Positions 62,954 to 64,000 of a stretch of DNA of 64,000 nucleotides are shown here, in pieces (the first letter of the stretch is position 1; the number at the start of each line of letters is the position of its first letter). The notes under the pieces are model-generated. The model had not been told where the DNA came from, made no database searches, and saw only the letters and a program-made list of their open reading frames with translations. Made by a program: the position numbers and the translations under genes. Location: the NCBI GenBank assembly GCA_963700145.1, contig OY969474.1:2240001-2304000 (forward strand). The letters are read 5' to 3'. The stretch is from an uncultured Acidobacteriota bacterium (GTDB lineage: Bacteria > Acidobacteriota > Thermoanaerobaculia > Multivoradales > UBA5704).

Positions 62954-63063
62954 ACCGCTGTCACCACTCGTAAATCTTCCGTAAATCGGGCGCTTCGGAT
63001 CCCCCGGGGTGAAACCTTTCGCGCCGCGGGCGGTATCTCCCGTCGAACACGGGAGGAGCCGTC

Positions 63064-64000
63064 ATGACGGGATCGCAGGGACCCAGGCGCCGGAGGGCCG
63101 CCACCACCACCACCACGACGCTCGCGCTCGCCTGGCTCGCCGGCGCCGTGCCGGCCGCGGCCGCGCCGCGCCAGGGTGAGCCGGCGGCCCCGGCGGCGCG
63201 CCCGACCTACCAGATCCAGCGGACCGACGCGGCGATCGCCGTGGACGGCCGCCTCGACGAGGCCCCCTGGCAGGGGCAGCCCACCTTCGAGCTGGCCTAC
63301 GAGACCTTTCCGAGCGAGAACGTCAAGCCGCAGGTCGAGACCCGTTTCTGGATGACCTTTGACGCCGAGAAGCTCTACGTGGCGGTCGAGGCGCTCGACC
63401 CCCAGCCGGGGGCGATCCGCGCCCGTCTGACCGACCGCGACGGCGCCTTCCAGGACGACTTCGTCGGCGTCGTGCTCGACACCTTCAACGACGAGACGCG
63501 CGCCTTCGAGTTCTTCATCAACCCGCTCGGCGTGCAGATGGATCTCCTGCAGAACGAGGTGACGAGCCTCGAGGACGAAACCTGGGACACCATCTGGACC
63601 TCCTCCGGCCGGGTGACCGAGAAGGGGTACGTGGTCGAGCTCGCGGTCCCCTTCTCCTCGCTCCGCTTCCCGCGCGCCGAGGGCGTCCAGACCTGGGGGA
63701 TTGACGCCCTGCGCGTCCATCCGCGCGACCAGCGGACCCGTATCGGCCTGGTGCCGCAGGTCCGCGGCGTCAACTGCTACCTCTGCCAGGGGGCCAAGCT
63801 GGTGGGCATCGAAGGGGTGACGCCGGGGCGCAACATCGAGCTCGACCCGACGCTCACCGCCGGCCGCACCGACACCCGCCAGACCCCCGGCGGCGCCATC
63901 GAGGAGGGGGACGTCGACTCCGACCTCGGCTTGAGCGCGCGCTGGGGGATCACGCCCAACATGATCTTCAGCGGCGCGCTCAACCCCGACTTCTCGCAGG
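63064..64000 (+). CDS. secreted CBM9-like/DUF5916 protein (partial)
   Basis: GGAGGAG RBS; signal peptide; IAVDGRLDEAPW, LDTFND, FFINPLGVQ, NPDFSQ. Confidence 0.82.
   Translation, partial: MTGSQGPRRRRAATTTTTTLALAWLAGAVPAAAAPRQGEPAAPAARPTYQIQRTDAAIAVDGRLDEAPWQGQPTFELAYETFPSENVKPQVETRFWMTFDAEKLYVAVEALDPQPGAIRARLTDRDGAFQDDFVGVVLDTFNDETRAFEFFINPLGVQMDLLQNEVTSLEDETWDTIWTSSGRVTEKGYVVELAVPFSSLRFPRAEGVQTWGIDALRVHPRDQRTRIGLVPQVRGVNCYLCQGAKLVGIEGVTPGRNIELDPTLTAGRTDTRQTPGGAIEEGDVDSDLGLSARWGITPNMIFSGALNPDFSQ

Overview
High-GC bacterial window whose gene content suggests Acidobacteriota, probably Thermoanaerobaculia (inference). Most of it is housekeeping or accessory genes: carB, carA, fumC, dinB, a DAHP synthase, mce/meaB, peptidases and transporters. 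Four loci stand out. (1) 13.5-23.2 kb: an ECF sigma factor and a disrupted Ser/Thr kinase-TPR gene converge on five unannotated micro-ORFs (16-18 aa). These share an 11-aa leader ending VKAGG and carry variable Asp-terminated cores. They adjoin a C39-peptidase ABC exporter, a second ABC subunit and HlyD, with no modifying enzyme, which suggests a peptide-signalling system. (2) 58.5-61.7 kb: a tyrosine recombinase next to a lower-GC 2.1-kb segment bounded by perfect 22-bp inverted sites, a candidate invertible two-gene switch. (3) 51.6-55 kb: an ABC importer whose binding protein has an in-frame TGA in PVT-U-HLTC plus a downstream hairpin, a candidate selenoprotein. (4) 43.3-47.2 kb: an asparagine-synthase-like, radical SAM and flavin halogenase-like operon of unknown product. 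Also present are three intergenic 21-bp-period arrays, a MITE-like element and GTAG-type REPs. All family assignments are by eye from motifs; no searches were run.
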